From: Gammaproteobacteria bacterium
Lineage (GTDB): Bacteria; Pseudomonadota; Gammaproteobacteria; Eutrophobiales; Eutrophobiaceae
DNA length: 64,000 nt
Direction of reading: 5' to 3'
Assembly: GCA_965116495.1 (NCBI GenBank)
Contig: OZ220696.1
Span: 1,824,001-1,888,000 of the forward strand
The position numbers and the translations under genes were made by a program. Shown here one piece after another: positions 1-10,053 of the stretch. Position 1 is the first letter of the stretch; every line of letters starts with the position of its first letter. The notes below the pieces were generated by a model, which searched no databases, was not told the DNA's origin, and saw nothing but the letters and a program-made list of their open reading frames with translations.

Positions 1-1352
1 AAATCAAGGACAGGGAGTTCACTGCGCTGGTCCTCGGATCAGATAATAAATACCTGTTCATCGGCGCTAATCGCGATCAATTTCTTGCGCAGATACGGCA
101 GGCATGCCCGGGAGATGACGAAGCCTACCGCGAATATGACACGGTTATACAACAGGTTGCCGACGTATTGCGGGACATGGTGCTGGAGACGCCACCGAAC
201 ATCGGCGGCGGGTTAACGGACCTGTGGCGCGCCGGGACACTGGCCAACAGGATGCGGCGGCTGGACCCCCGGTTGCAACGGGAAACGATCAAGCTGTTTA
301 CCATGAGTGTGGCGGATTACCTGAAACAATGGTTCGGCGGGGACCTGATACTCGCGCTGGAAAGTTATATAGCCATGGTGGGGAACATGCAATCGGTACA
401 CGCCGGCGGTTCGGCCTATGTGCTGCTGCATCACATGTTCGGTGAAGTGAACGGGAGGAAAGGGCGCTGGGGCCATGTCACCGGGGGGATGGGCGGCATT
501 ACCCAGGCGATGGCGAAGTCCGCAGAAGCCCAGGGTGTTGACATTGAAGTCAGCGCGCCTGTCAAGGAAGTGCTCGTAAAAAACAACCGGGCCTGCGGCG
601 TAAAACTGGCAGACGGGCGGGAGATCCATGCAAAAGTCACTGCGGCAAATGTCAATCCGAAACTGCTGTTCCAGGGACTGGTGGACCAGGAACACCTTGA
701 TGCGGACTTCAAACGCCAGATCGCGCATTACCGGTGTGCCTCCGGCACGTTCCGCATGAATGTGGCGCTGGAGGATATACCACGGTTTCGTTGCCTGGAC
801 GGAGAACCGGATTACGAGCGTTACCTGCAGGGAAGCGTGTTCATCACCAACTCATTGCAGTACAACGAGCAGGCCTGGTACGACGCCATGAACCTGGGCT
901 GGTCGCAAAAACCTATTGTCCACATGATGGTTCCCTCGCTGTACGATAATACCCTGGCGCCAGAAGGTAAACACGTGGCCAGCCTGTTCTGCCAGCATTT
1001 CAATCCGAAACTGCCGGACGACAGGTCCTGGGACGATGTCAAGGAACAGGTCGCGGATTTAATCATTGATACCGTCAATGACTATGCCCCCAATTTCAGG
1101 CAGGCCGTCATCGGCCGTATGGCGCTCAGTCCGCTTGACCTGGAGCGGGAGTTCGGACTGACTGGCGGCGATATCTTTCATGGTTGTATCCAGCCTGATC
1201 AATTGTTCTCGTTGAGACCCGTAGCAGGGTATGCTGATTATCGAATGCCGCTCAGAGGTCTTTATTTATGCGGTTCAGGCGCACATCCGGGTGGAGGTGT
1301 GAGCGGTTGTCCGGGGCATAATGCCGCACGGGAGATCCTGAAGGATATTTGA
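1..1352 (+). CDS. Phytoene dehydrogenase-like FAD-dependent oxidoreductase, 5'-truncated by the window edge
   Basis: Frame is open from position 3. Motifs GGMGGITQAM, GLTGGDIFHG and GLYLCGSGAHPGGGVSG match the COG1233 family. Confidence 0.85.
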   Translation, partial: IKDREFTALVLGSDNKYLFIGANRDQFLAQIRQACPGDDEAYREYDTVIQQVADVLRDMVLETPPNIGGGLTDLWRAGTLANRMRRLDPRLQRETIKLFTMSVADYLKQWFGGDLILALESYIAMVGNMQSVHAGGSAYVLLHHMFGEVNGRKGRWGHVTGGMGGITQAMAKSAEAQGVDIEVSAPVKEVLVKNNRACGVKLADGREIHAKVTAANVNPKLLFQGLVDQEHLDADFKRQIAHYRCASGTFRMNVALEDIPRFRCLDGEPDYERYLQGSVFITNSLQYNEQAWYDAMNLGWSQKPIVHMMVPSLYDNTLAPEGKHVASLFCQHFNPKLPDDRSWDDVKEQVADLIIDTVNDYAPNFRQAVIGRMALSPLDLEREFGLTGGDIFHGCIQPDQLFSLRPVAGYADYRMPLRGLYLCGSGAHPGGGVSGCPGHNAAREILKDI

Positions 1353-1362
1353 GCAGCTGGGA

Positions 1363-1590
1363 TTAAGGAACCTCTTAAGTCAGAGGTTCCTACGGTACAG
1401 GGATGTGCCGTCAAAATCAATGACTGCAGGTCATTGATTTTGGGAGCAAAACAAAAATCGCATTTTTGTTTTCACTCGCTACATCCTGGTAGCTCGCCGC
1501 AAAGCGGCAACAAGTCGTGCAAATCGGCTATCCTGCCGATTTGTGCGTACTCTGACAAGTCCCGGACGGACTTGAGCAGAGCTTCCTTAA
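1363..1590. mobile_element. Putative MITE flanked by TTAA
   Basis: TTAA-GGAACCTCT ... AGAGCTTCC-TTAA imperfect terminal inverted repeat, several internal hairpins, no credible ORF. Confidence 0.6.
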
Positions 1591-1636
1591 CTATATTAAC
1601 AGGCTACCAGTCTGTAAAAGGCTACAGGTTTTTATC

Positions 1637-2464
1637 TCAATTCCATTTCAGAGACGACGCATCTGCCGGAGGGGGAAACACCCTGTTAATTTCTTCCAGG
1701 TCCGTACTTGTCAGGGAGATGTCAGCGGCGGCGTGATTTTCTTCAATATGGGTCTGATTTGCACTCTTGGGAATGACAATCACGTTGTCCTGGTGCAGCA
1801 GCCACGCCAGCGCGACCTGGTACGGACCCGCATTGTGTCTTTGCGCCACGCCCTGCAGAGGTGCGCAATCCAGTCTCCCCTGGTTGAACGGCGAATATGC
1901 CATCAACGGCACATTGCGCTGCAGGCACCAGCCAAGCAACTGCCCTTCAACTTCGCGGCGTTCCAGGTTGTACAACACCTGGTTGGTCGCAATGTCCGGC
2001 CCGCCCCCGCACTCCCAGGCTTCTTCCATCTCTGAGACATCGAAATTGCTCATTCCGTAGGCCGCAACCTTACCCTGCGCCCGTAGCCGTACGAAGGCAT
2101 CCAGGATCTCCTGCACCGGATAATTGCCCGGCCAGTGCAGCAGGTACAGGTCCATGCACTCAATTCCCATTCGTTTCAGGCTTTTCTCGCAGGCTTTGAT
2201 CGTACCCCGGAAGGACGCATTGCCGGGTAGCACTTTACTTACTATATAGGCGTCTTCCCGCCGGCCTTTCACGGCCTTGCCGACCACGACCTCCGCGTCA
2301 TGGTACATTTCTGCGGTATCGATCAGCGTCATACCCAGGTCCAGCCCGAGGCGAATTGCATCCGCTTCTGAATTTTGTTTCAGGCGGTTTTTGCCCATAC
2401 CCCAGGTGCCCTGCCCCAGTGCCGGGACGGATGCTCCGCTCGGGAAAAAGACGGGATTATTCAT
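1637..2464 (-). CDS. Aldo/keto reductase
   Basis: LGQGTWGMG, IDTAEMY, DLYLLHWP, NQVLYNL and VIPKS motifs. Confidence 0.92.
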   Translation of the reverse strand: MNNPVFFPSGASVPALGQGTWGMGKNRLKQNSEADAIRLGLDLGMTLIDTAEMYHDAEVVVGKAVKGRREDAYIVSKVLPGNASFRGTIKACEKSLKRMGIECMDLYLLHWPGNYPVQEILDAFVRLRAQGKVAAYGMSNFDVSEMEEAWECGGGPDIATNQVLYNLERREVEGQLLGWCLQRNVPLMAYSPFNQGRLDCAPLQGVAQRHNAGPYQVALAWLLHQDNVIVIPKSANQTHIEENHAAADISLTSTDLEEINRVFPPPADASSLKWN

Positions 2465-2533
2465 GTTGTTCCAGACTTTCGATCACATTTGATGTATTTG
2501 CAGCGTACCACGTTTCATCAGTTGCCTTCTGTG

Positions 2534-2670
2534 TTACCCGCAATTTATGGGTGTCCCAAATTCACCATTACCCGCAATTTATGGCTGTCCCAAATTTAGC
2601 AGTCCCAAATTTAGCACGAAATTTATGGGTGTCCCAAATTTGCATCAATTTGTGGTTGTCCCAAATTTAG
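2534..2670. repeat. Cluster of AATTTATGGGTGTCCCAAATT repeats (4 copies plus a partial)
   Basis: Copies at about 2542, 2576, 2620 and 2647. An inverted copy lies at 39622-39642. Confidence 0.8.
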
Positions 2671-2679
2671 TGGTGGATT

Positions 2680-3279
2680 TTGACCGTAGCCGTGAAAATG
2701 CCCATACTGTTGTCAATGGGAATGTCATTAACAAGTGGGGTCGGGTCGGTCGTTTTATTTTTGCTGTTTTCCGTCACTGCGCGCGCGGTCGAGAATATTA
2801 CTGTGGAATACGTTTCCAGTGAACTGGTTGAAAACAGCTATTACCTTGATGCACGGATAGATTTTAAACCCCATGATGATGTACTGGAGGCGCTCGATCA
2901 TGGGGTGGACCTGGATATAGATATTATTATCAAGGTCAAGGAAAAACGTAAATGGCTGTGGGACAGGCTTTACAAAGAGGAGATCATTAAATTCAAACTG
3001 GACCACCTGCCGTTGTCGAATGTATACATCATTACCAACGTCGGCAATTCCCAGCAACGGCAATTCGACACTCTGGAAAATGCGCTAAAATACCTGGGTA
3101 CACTTGACCGTTACTTTTTATTTGACAGCGAAAATATAGACGATGATGCACACCTGGTCGGCCTGCTCAAAGCCAGATTGAACGTGGAAAACCTGCCCCC
3201 GCCATTAAAACCCGTTGCCTTCATTTTGAATAAATGGCAAGCGGACAGTGAATGGCGCCACTGGACAATCAGGGAATGA
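2680..3279 (+). CDS. DUF4390 domain protein (start uncertain)
   Basis: N-terminal hydrophobic segment, LPPPL..W C-terminal motif, canonical position upstream of ntrY-ntrX. Confidence 0.75.
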   Translation: MTVAVKMPILLSMGMSLTSGVGSVVLFLLFSVTARAVENITVEYVSSELVENSYYLDARIDFKPHDDVLEALDHGVDLDIDIIIKVKEKRKWLWDRLYKEEIIKFKLDHLPLSNVYIITNVGNSQQRQFDTLENALKYLGTLDRYFLFDSENIDDDAHLVGLLKARLNVENLPPPLKPVAFILNKWQADSEWRHWTIRE

Positions 3280-5543
3280 ACAGCCGGCGTAAAAAATCCG
3301 GTGCAATCATCACATCACCCGGCAAGAAATCCGGGCTAAGCGGCGGACGTTTAATCCTGCTGACGGGTGTGCTGCTGTTCGGCTGCATGCTGGCTTCGTT
3401 GTTGATCATGAGCAAGGCGTTGCAAAACTCGGTCCAGACGGACCAGTTCTATACCGGTCTGCTGGTATTCAATACCCTGGGTCTCCTGACCCTGGTCATA
3501 TTGATTGGCCTGAATATCCGCGGCCTGATCAAACAGGCCAGGGAGCGCGTTGCCGGCGCCCGTCTCACCGTACGCATGGTCACCATGTTTGTGATCCTGT
3601 CGGTTACGCCGGTACTCGTTCTCTATTACTTTTCCCTGGATTTCCTGTACCGCGGCATCGATAGCTGGTTTGATTTGCGCGTCGAGCAAGCACTGGAGGA
3701 CTCTCTCGAACTGAGCCAGCTTGCCCTGGACACCCGCATGAAGGAACTCCTCAGACAGTCTGAGAAAATGGCGGAAGAAATCTCGCTGACTAACGATGCC
3801 TTGATCCCCTTTGAAATTGATCGATTCCGCATCAGCAGCGGCGCTGATGAAATGACCGTAATGACCAGGCAGGGGATTATTATCGGCTCCAGTTCGGCCA
3901 ATCCGGACAACCTTGTGCCTGATTCGCCCGATGAGACTGTCCTGTTCCAGGTACTGCAGGGCAACAGCTATATCAGTATGGACACGATAAGAAATGCCGG
4001 ACTATCTTTTCGTGTCGTAGTCAATGTGCCGAATTCCGGGATAAGCACTGAAGCCCGGATCATCCAGGCCTTGTATCCTTTGACCGAACGGGTAAACGAT
4101 CTGGCGCAAAGTGTCCAATCGGCTTTTACCCAGTACAAGGAGTTGTCCTATCTCCGGGAACAGCTCAAGCTGAGTTTTATCCTGATTCTGACCATGGTAC
4201 TGTTGTTCAGTATATTTTCCGCAGTATGGGCCGCGTTTTATTCGGCAAGAAAGCTGGCCGCACCGATTCGCGATCTGGCGGAAGGGACGAAATCCGTGGC
4301 AGAGGGTGATTATCATACCAGGCTGCCGGTGCCGGGCAATGATGAGCTGGGTTTCCTGGTTGCATCGTTTAACGACATGACCCGCAAGATAGCCAGCGCC
4401 AGGGACGCGGCCAAACTCAGCCAGGATGAAGCGGAAACCCACCATAAATACCTGGAAGCCGTACTGGAACGGCTGTCGTCCGGTGTACTGGTCCTGGACG
4501 CGGAAAAATGCCTGCGCACCGTCAACATCAGCGGCGGCAGGATCCTGGGTATCGACATCAGCGAAATCATAGGCCATTCGTTCAGCCGGATTTGTGAGCG
4601 CTACAAGCACCTTGAACAACTGCATATCCTGTTTCAGTCTCACATAGACCAGGGCAAGTTGGTCTGGGATCAACAGGTTATCCTGTTCGGCTCAAGCGGC
4701 CGGCAGGTGCTCATGTGCAGGGGAACGTCCATAGTCCCGGCCCGTGAAAAAGCCCTGGTCCATATTATCGTGTTCGACGATATCACCGCATTGTTGCAGG
4801 GGCAACGCGACGCGGCCTGGAGTGAAATGGCCCGGCGACTTGCCCACGAGATTAAAAACCCGTTAACACCGATACAACTGGCGGCGGAACGGTTGCGCCA
4901 CAAGTATCTCAGGTCATCCCCCGGAGACCAGGCGGAGACACTGGATCGGCTGACTACGACAATCATCAAGCAGGTGGAAACCATGAAGGGTATGGTTAAC
5001 GCGTTCTCGGACTATGCCAGGGCGCCGGTCATGTCACCCCGCAGCGTTGACCTGAACCGGTTGCTGGAGGAAGTGGTGGACCTGTACATAAACATGGACA
5101 CAGACGTCACAATTACCCTCGATCTTACGGAAGATCAATCGGTTATCAACGCGGATCAGGGACGGTTGCGGCAAGTCTTCAATAATGTAATCAAGAATGC
5201 ACTGGATGCTGGCCGGCAGGGGGAGGAATTGACCCTGTCCGTCTCTACGGCATATGTAAACCAACCTGCCATGGACTACATGGAAATCCGTATCATGGAT
5301 TCCGGCAGCGGCGTAAACGAGGATATAATGTCGACTGTATTTGAACCTTACGTAACTACTAAACAGAAAGGCACCGGATTGGGACTGGCAATCGTAAAGA
5401 AGATAGTGGAAGAACATGGGGGGCTGGTCTGGATCAGAAATAACGCGGGCGGGCCGGGGGCTTGTGTGGTTGTCAGGCTGCCCATCAATAAAACCAAATT
5501 CGCGCTGAATAGCGCCACCAACCGCAATAGAGGCGTAGTGTGA
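3276..5543 (+). CDS. ntrY: NtrY-like sensor histidine kinase (HAMP, PAS, HisKA, HATPase)
   Basis: AWSEMARRLAHEIKNPLTPIQL H-box and GTGLGLAIVKKI G-box. ATGA overlap with the upstream stop suggests the start is 3276. Confidence 0.85.
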   Translation: MNSRRKKSGAIITSPGKKSGLSGGRLILLTGVLLFGCMLASLLIMSKALQNSVQTDQFYTGLLVFNTLGLLTLVILIGLNIRGLIKQARERVAGARLTVRMVTMFVILSVTPVLVLYYFSLDFLYRGIDSWFDLRVEQALEDSLELSQLALDTRMKELLRQSEKMAEEISLTNDALIPFEIDRFRISSGADEMTVMTRQGIIIGSSSANPDNLVPDSPDETVLFQVLQGNSYISMDTIRNAGLSFRVVVNVPNSGISTEARIIQALYPLTERVNDLAQSVQSAFTQYKELSYLREQLKLSFILILTMVLLFSIFSAVWAAFYSARKLAAPIRDLAEGTKSVAEGDYHTRLPVPGNDELGFLVASFNDMTRKIASARDAAKLSQDEAETHHKYLEAVLERLSSGVLVLDAEKCLRTVNISGGRILGIDISEIIGHSFSRICERYKHLEQLHILFQSHIDQGKLVWDQQVILFGSSGRQVLMCRGTSIVPAREKALVHIIVFDDITALLQGQRDAAWSEMARRLAHEIKNPLTPIQLAAERLRHKYLRSSPGDQAETLDRLTTTIIKQVETMKGMVNAFSDYARAPVMSPRSVDLNRLLEEVVDLYINMDTDVTITLDLTEDQSVINADQGRLRQVFNNVIKNALDAGRQGEELTLSVSTAYVNQPAMDYMEIRIMDSGSGVNEDIMSTVFEPYVTTKQKGTGLGLAIVKKIVEEHGGLVWIRNNAGGPGACVVVRLPINKTKFALNSATNRNRGVV

Positions 5544-6895
5544 CTAGCGAAAAAATACTTGTTGTAGATGATGAAGCCGAGATCAGAAACCTGATAAGTG
5601 AGATTCTCGTTGATGAGGGATTCGAGGTGGCTACGGCCGAAAACGGCAACAGCGCCCGGGCGTTGCTGGAACAGTTTCACCCCCGTCTTGTTCTGCTGGA
5701 TATATGGATGCCGGACGTAGACGGCATTACCCTGTTGAAGGAATGGCATGAATCCGGCAAGTTGACGAACCCGGTGATCATGATGTCCGGACATGGAAAC
5801 ATAGGAACTGCGGTCGAGGCCACCCGCCTTGGCGCATACGATTACCTGGAAAAACCTCTCTCGCTGGCCAAGCTTGTCCTGACAATAAAAAACGCCCTGG
5901 ACGCGTCAAGACTGCAAAAGGAAAACCTGAGATTGCGGCAACACTCACAAACGCCGGCCAGGATCATCGGCAAAAGCAAGTTGATGGCGAATTTACGTGG
6001 ACAACTGGAGAAGGTCGCCGGCCTCGATACCCCGGTACTGATCGTCGGCGAACCGGGAACGGATAAAGAAGCGGTTGCCCGTTACCTTCACTCTGCAAGC
6101 GCCCGAAAGGACAAGCCTTTTGTCAATGTCAGCGTATCAGTGCCGGAATCCGAAACCATGGTGAATGAGTTATTCGGTGTAGAGAACGGAGATGAAATAC
6201 GTAACGGCTTCCTGGACCAGGCTGACGGGGGGACCTTGTTCATCAAGGACATTGCTGATCTGGACATTGCAACCCAGGCGCGCCTGCAGGGCACATTGAA
6301 TGACAAGTCCTATAAACGGGTCAACGGAAATGATGCCGTACAACTGAATACCAGGATAATCGGCGCCACCCGCCATCACCTTGCCAACCGGGTCAAGGAC
6401 GCATCTTTTATGGACGAGCTTTATTTCCAGTTGAACGTGCTGCCGATACAGGTACCGCCGCTCAGGGAACACTACGAAGACGTACCCGACATCCTGGAAT
6501 ATTTCGTCAACTTCCTGGTGGAACGGGAGGGGCTGCCTTACCGGTATTTTACAACCGCCGCACAAAACAGCCTGCGGCGCTACCCCTGGCCCGGTAATTC
6601 CCGGGAATTGAAGAACCTGGTCCAGCGGATGCTGATATTGGGGGGTGATGCGGTTATCGACTTGGAGGACATAGAGGCGGTGCTGGGAGAGCAGCCGGCT
6701 AAAAAAGAGGCCGATAATCTGAATAACCTGGACCTCCCGTTACGCCAGGCACGGGAAAACTTTGAACGCGACTACCTCGAGTACCAGTTGAAACAAGCAA
6801 ACGGCAGTGTCAGCAAAATGGCCAGGAACGTCCAGATGGAACGTACCCATCTCTACAGGAAGCTGAAATCCCTTGGTATCGATATAAAATCGTGA
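5540..6895 (+). CDS. ntrX: NtrX-like sigma54-family response regulator
   Basis: Receiver LLDIWMP, degenerate AAA+ (GEPGTDKE, no GAFTGA), C-terminal MERTHLYRKL HTH. Confidence 0.85.
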   Translation: MTSEKILVVDDEAEIRNLISEILVDEGFEVATAENGNSARALLEQFHPRLVLLDIWMPDVDGITLLKEWHESGKLTNPVIMMSGHGNIGTAVEATRLGAYDYLEKPLSLAKLVLTIKNALDASRLQKENLRLRQHSQTPARIIGKSKLMANLRGQLEKVAGLDTPVLIVGEPGTDKEAVARYLHSASARKDKPFVNVSVSVPESETMVNELFGVENGDEIRNGFLDQADGGTLFIKDIADLDIATQARLQGTLNDKSYKRVNGNDAVQLNTRIIGATRHHLANRVKDASFMDELYFQLNVLPIQVPPLREHYEDVPDILEYFVNFLVEREGLPYRYFTTAAQNSLRRYPWPGNSRELKNLVQRMLILGGDAVIDLEDIEAVLGEQPAKKEADNLNNLDLPLRQARENFERDYLEYQLKQANGSVSKMARNVQMERTHLYRKLKSLGIDIKS

Positions 6896-8265
6896 AAATT
6901 ATCATTCTGGGAGCAGGCCAGGTCGGCTCGTCCGTAGCCGCCAATCTTTGCAGTGAAGCTAACGATATAACCGTAATCGATCGCGACCCCGCTGTGTTAC
7001 GCAACCTGCAGGAACGGCTTGACCTGCAAACCATAAACGGACCTGCGTCACATCCCTCGGTGCTGGAGCAGGCAGGGGCAAAAGACGCGGACATGATCAT
7101 CGCGGTAACCAATAGTGATGAAACCAACATGGTAGCCTGCCAGGTTGCCTTTACGGTCTTCCATACACCGATGAAAATCGCCCGCGTGCGCAACAACGAG
7201 TACCTGAAAAGCGCGCAACTGTTTGCCCAGGAAGCAATGCCGGTTGACGTCCTGATCAGCCCGGAACAGGTTGTAACCGAATACATCGCCCGCCTGATAA
7301 GCTTTCCGGGGGCACTTCAGGTACTCGATTTTGCCTCCGGCCGCGTACAGATGGTTGCAGTGAAAATAACCGGACTGAGCACGATCATCGGTAAAAGGAT
7401 AGGTGAACTTGCCGCCCATCTGCCGTCCGTGGATTTTCGCATCGTTTCAATCTTTCGCGGCGGACAGGCGATCATTCCCGATGGCGATACGGAAATACAG
7501 GCACACGATGAAGTGTTCGTGATCGGCTCTCCAAAACATATCAAGAACCTGTTGAAATCGATCAAACAAACGGACAAGCCGGTAAAACGCATCATCGTCG
7601 CCAGTGGCGGCAATATCGGCCGGCGCCTGGCGAAACTGCTGGAAAGCAAATACCAGGTCAAGGTTATAGAACTGTCCGTGGAAAAGGCGCGCATAGCCTC
7701 GGAAGAACTGAACAGCGCCATCGTGCTTAACGGTGACGCCACGGACAAGGAGTTGCTCATCGAAGAAAATATAGACGACACCGATGTCTTCTGCGCCCTC
7801 ACCAATGCCGACGAAGCCAATATCATCTCCTGCATGCTGGCGAAGCGCCTGGGCGCGCACAAGGTCATGGCGCTGATCAACCGGGCGGCCTACGTCGACC
7901 TGGTGCAGAGTGATGTTATCGACATCGCCATATCGCCGCAACAGGCTACCATCGGCAGCCTGCTGGCGCACATCCGCAAGGGCGACGTTGTCGTCGTGCA
8001 CTCATTACGGCGCGGTGCGGCGGAAGCCATCGAGGCCATTGCCCACGGCGATAAAACAACCTCCGACGTAGTAGGCAGGTCAATTGAAGAGATACCCCTG
8101 CCGCCCGGCACCAGCATCGGCGCCATAGTCCGTGATGACAATGTAATTATCGCCCATCACGATACGGTGATTGCATCCGAAGACCACGTCATCATTTTGG
8201 TGGGTGACAAGAACCGCGTGCCGGAAGTGGAAAGACTGTTCCAGGTCAAGATTACCTTTCTGTAA
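6892..8265 (+). CDS. trkA: Trk potassium uptake NAD-binding subunit
   Basis: MKIIILGAGQVG, two RCK domains, HSLRRGAAEAIE. Confidence 0.95.
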   Translation: MKIIILGAGQVGSSVAANLCSEANDITVIDRDPAVLRNLQERLDLQTINGPASHPSVLEQAGAKDADMIIAVTNSDETNMVACQVAFTVFHTPMKIARVRNNEYLKSAQLFAQEAMPVDVLISPEQVVTEYIARLISFPGALQVLDFASGRVQMVAVKITGLSTIIGKRIGELAAHLPSVDFRIVSIFRGGQAIIPDGDTEIQAHDEVFVIGSPKHIKNLLKSIKQTDKPVKRIIVASGGNIGRRLAKLLESKYQVKVIELSVEKARIASEELNSAIVLNGDATDKELLIEENIDDTDVFCALTNADEANIISCMLAKRLGAHKVMALINRAAYVDLVQSDVIDIAISPQQATIGSLLAHIRKGDVVVVHSLRRGAAEAIEAIAHGDKTTSDVVGRSIEEIPLPPGTSIGAIVRDDNVIIAHHDTVIASEDHVIILVGDKNRVPEVERLFQVKITFL

Positions 8266-8269
8266 TTCC

Positions 8270-8516
8270 AGCCCGGATTTCTTGCCAGGTGATGCGATGA
8301 CAAATCGGCAGGATAGCCGATTTGCACGGCGACAGCCGCCCGTTGGGTTGCGCCCAGGGATGGGTGCAATGAACACGTGCTCGTTGGCGCAAAAAAGACA
8401 AGCGAGGGCGCATCAAGCGCAGCCTGAATTGATGAAACAATGAGATTATAATCATACCAGAATGACAGCAAACATATATCCAACAACGACAAGCGACCTG
8501 GCAAGAAATTCGGGCT
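8270..8516. mobile_element. Putative MITE (family B, copy 1)
   Basis: 21-bp TIR AGCCCGGATTTCTTGCCAGGT / ACCTGGCAAGAAATTCGGGCT. Internal blocks are shared with 15869-16109. Confidence 0.75.
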
Positions 8517-8520
8517 AATT

Positions 8521-9972
8521 ATGCAACTTCTCGTTATCCAGAAAATCCTGGGGCTGCTGCTGATGTTGTTCAGCATCACCATGCTGCCGCCCCTGAGCAT
8601 TGCGCTGTGGTACCAGGATAAGACAGTCAAATTATTTATGCTGTGCTTCATGCTTATACTCCTCATTGGTGCATTCCTGTGGCTGCCGGTGCATAAGGTT
8701 AACAAGGAATTGCGCCTGCGCGACGGCTTCATCGTCGTGGTGTTGTTCTGGGCAGGACTGGGCCTGATCGGCGCCATGCCATTCCTGCTCGCGTCTTATC
8801 CCGACATGTCATTTACCGATTCGTTATTCGAATCCGTTTCCGGTTTGACCACGACCGGCGCAACGGTGATTATAGGCCTTGAACAATTGCCTAAATCCAT
8901 CCTGTTCTACCGGCAGGAGTTGCAATGGCTGGGGGGTATGGGGATTATCGTGTTGGCGGTAGCCATTCTGCCCATGCTGGGCATCGGCGGCATGCAACTG
9001 TACAGGGCGGAAACACCGGGCCCGATCAAAGACTCAAAATTAACGCCCAGGATCACCGAGACGGCCAAGGCCTTGTGGTACATTTACCTGTCCATGACGA
9101 TTGCCTGTGCGGCCATGTACTGGATTGCCGGAATGTCGTTGTTCGACGCCATCAGTCACAGTTTCTCCACGGTGTCGATCGGGGGATTCTCAACCTATGA
9201 CCAGAGTATCGGCTATTTCAACAGTGGGCTGATCAATGCCGTCGCAGTGGTCTTCATGGTGATTGCCGGCATCAACTTCACCCTCCATTTCATCAGTTGG
9301 CGCTCGTTGAGCCTGAACACCTACCGAAGAGACTCCGAGGTAAAGGCTTTCATCAGCGTATTGCTGGTCCTGTGCGTCATTACCTGCATCTACCTGAGCC
9401 TGCGGACAAGCTATGGCGCCAGCCTGGACACGCTCAGTCATGGAATCTTCCAGTCGGTATCCATCGCAACGACGACAGGTTTTACCACCACCAGCTACCA
9501 GGACTGGCCGACGTTTCTTCCCGTACTGCTGATATTTGCCAGTTTCATGGGCGCTTGCGCGGGCTCGACAGGGGGCGGTCTGAAAGTCATGCGGGTATTA
9601 CTCCTGTACAAGCAAGGCAAGAGAGAAACCAAACGCCTGGTCCACCCCAACGCCGTCATCCCGATTAAACTGGGCGGCAAACGTGTCGATGAATCCATTA
9701 TCAACGCCGTATGGGGTTTCTTTGCCGCCTACGTGGCCGTCTTCGCACTGCTGCTGATCCTGCTCATGGCTACCGGGCTGGACCAGATCACGGCATTTTC
9801 CGCAGTGGCGGCCTGTCTCAACAACCTGGGACCCGGCCTGGGCGAGGTCGGCGCCCATTACACCGGCATCAATGACATGTCCAAGTGGCTGTTGTGCCTT
9901 GCCATGCTGCTGGGACGGCTGGAAATCTTCACCTTGCTGGTCCTGTTGACACCGACCTTCTGGCGCAAGTGA
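8521..9972 (+). CDS. trkH: Trk potassium uptake membrane subunit
   Basis: FESVSGLTTTGAT, QWLGGMGII, GSTGGGLK and GRLEIF motifs. Confidence 0.95.
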   Translation: MQLLVIQKILGLLLMLFSITMLPPLSIALWYQDKTVKLFMLCFMLILLIGAFLWLPVHKVNKELRLRDGFIVVVLFWAGLGLIGAMPFLLASYPDMSFTDSLFESVSGLTTTGATVIIGLEQLPKSILFYRQELQWLGGMGIIVLAVAILPMLGIGGMQLYRAETPGPIKDSKLTPRITETAKALWYIYLSMTIACAAMYWIAGMSLFDAISHSFSTVSIGGFSTYDQSIGYFNSGLINAVAVVFMVIAGINFTLHFISWRSLSLNTYRRDSEVKAFISVLLVLCVITCIYLSLRTSYGASLDTLSHGIFQSVSIATTTGFTTTSYQDWPTFLPVLLIFASFMGACAGSTGGGLKVMRVLLLYKQGKRETKRLVHPNAVIPIKLGGKRVDESIINAVWGFFAAYVAVFALLLILLMATGLDQITAFSAVAACLNNLGPGLGEVGAHYTGINDMSKWLLCLAMLLGRLEIFTLLVLLTPTFWRK

Positions 9973-9983
9973 TGAATAATCCT

Positions 9984-10026
9984 GGGGTCAGAGTAAAAAT
10001 TCTGACGAATTTCTTACTCTGACCTC
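9984..10026. repeat. GGGGTCAGAGTA-type palindromic repeat
   Basis: Inverted arms GGGGTCAGAGTAA ... TTACTCTGACCTC. Confidence 0.8.
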
Positions 10027-10053
10027 GAATATCACCCCGAATATCTGGCGCAG

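Noticed and set aside
2534-2670. Possible CRISPR array
   Set aside because: Gaps between repeats are about 6-23 nt, irregular and partly repetitive, and no cas genes are present.
5540-6895. Missing GAFTGA motif and degenerate Walker A in the response regulator
   Set aside because: Known property of NtrX-type regulators.
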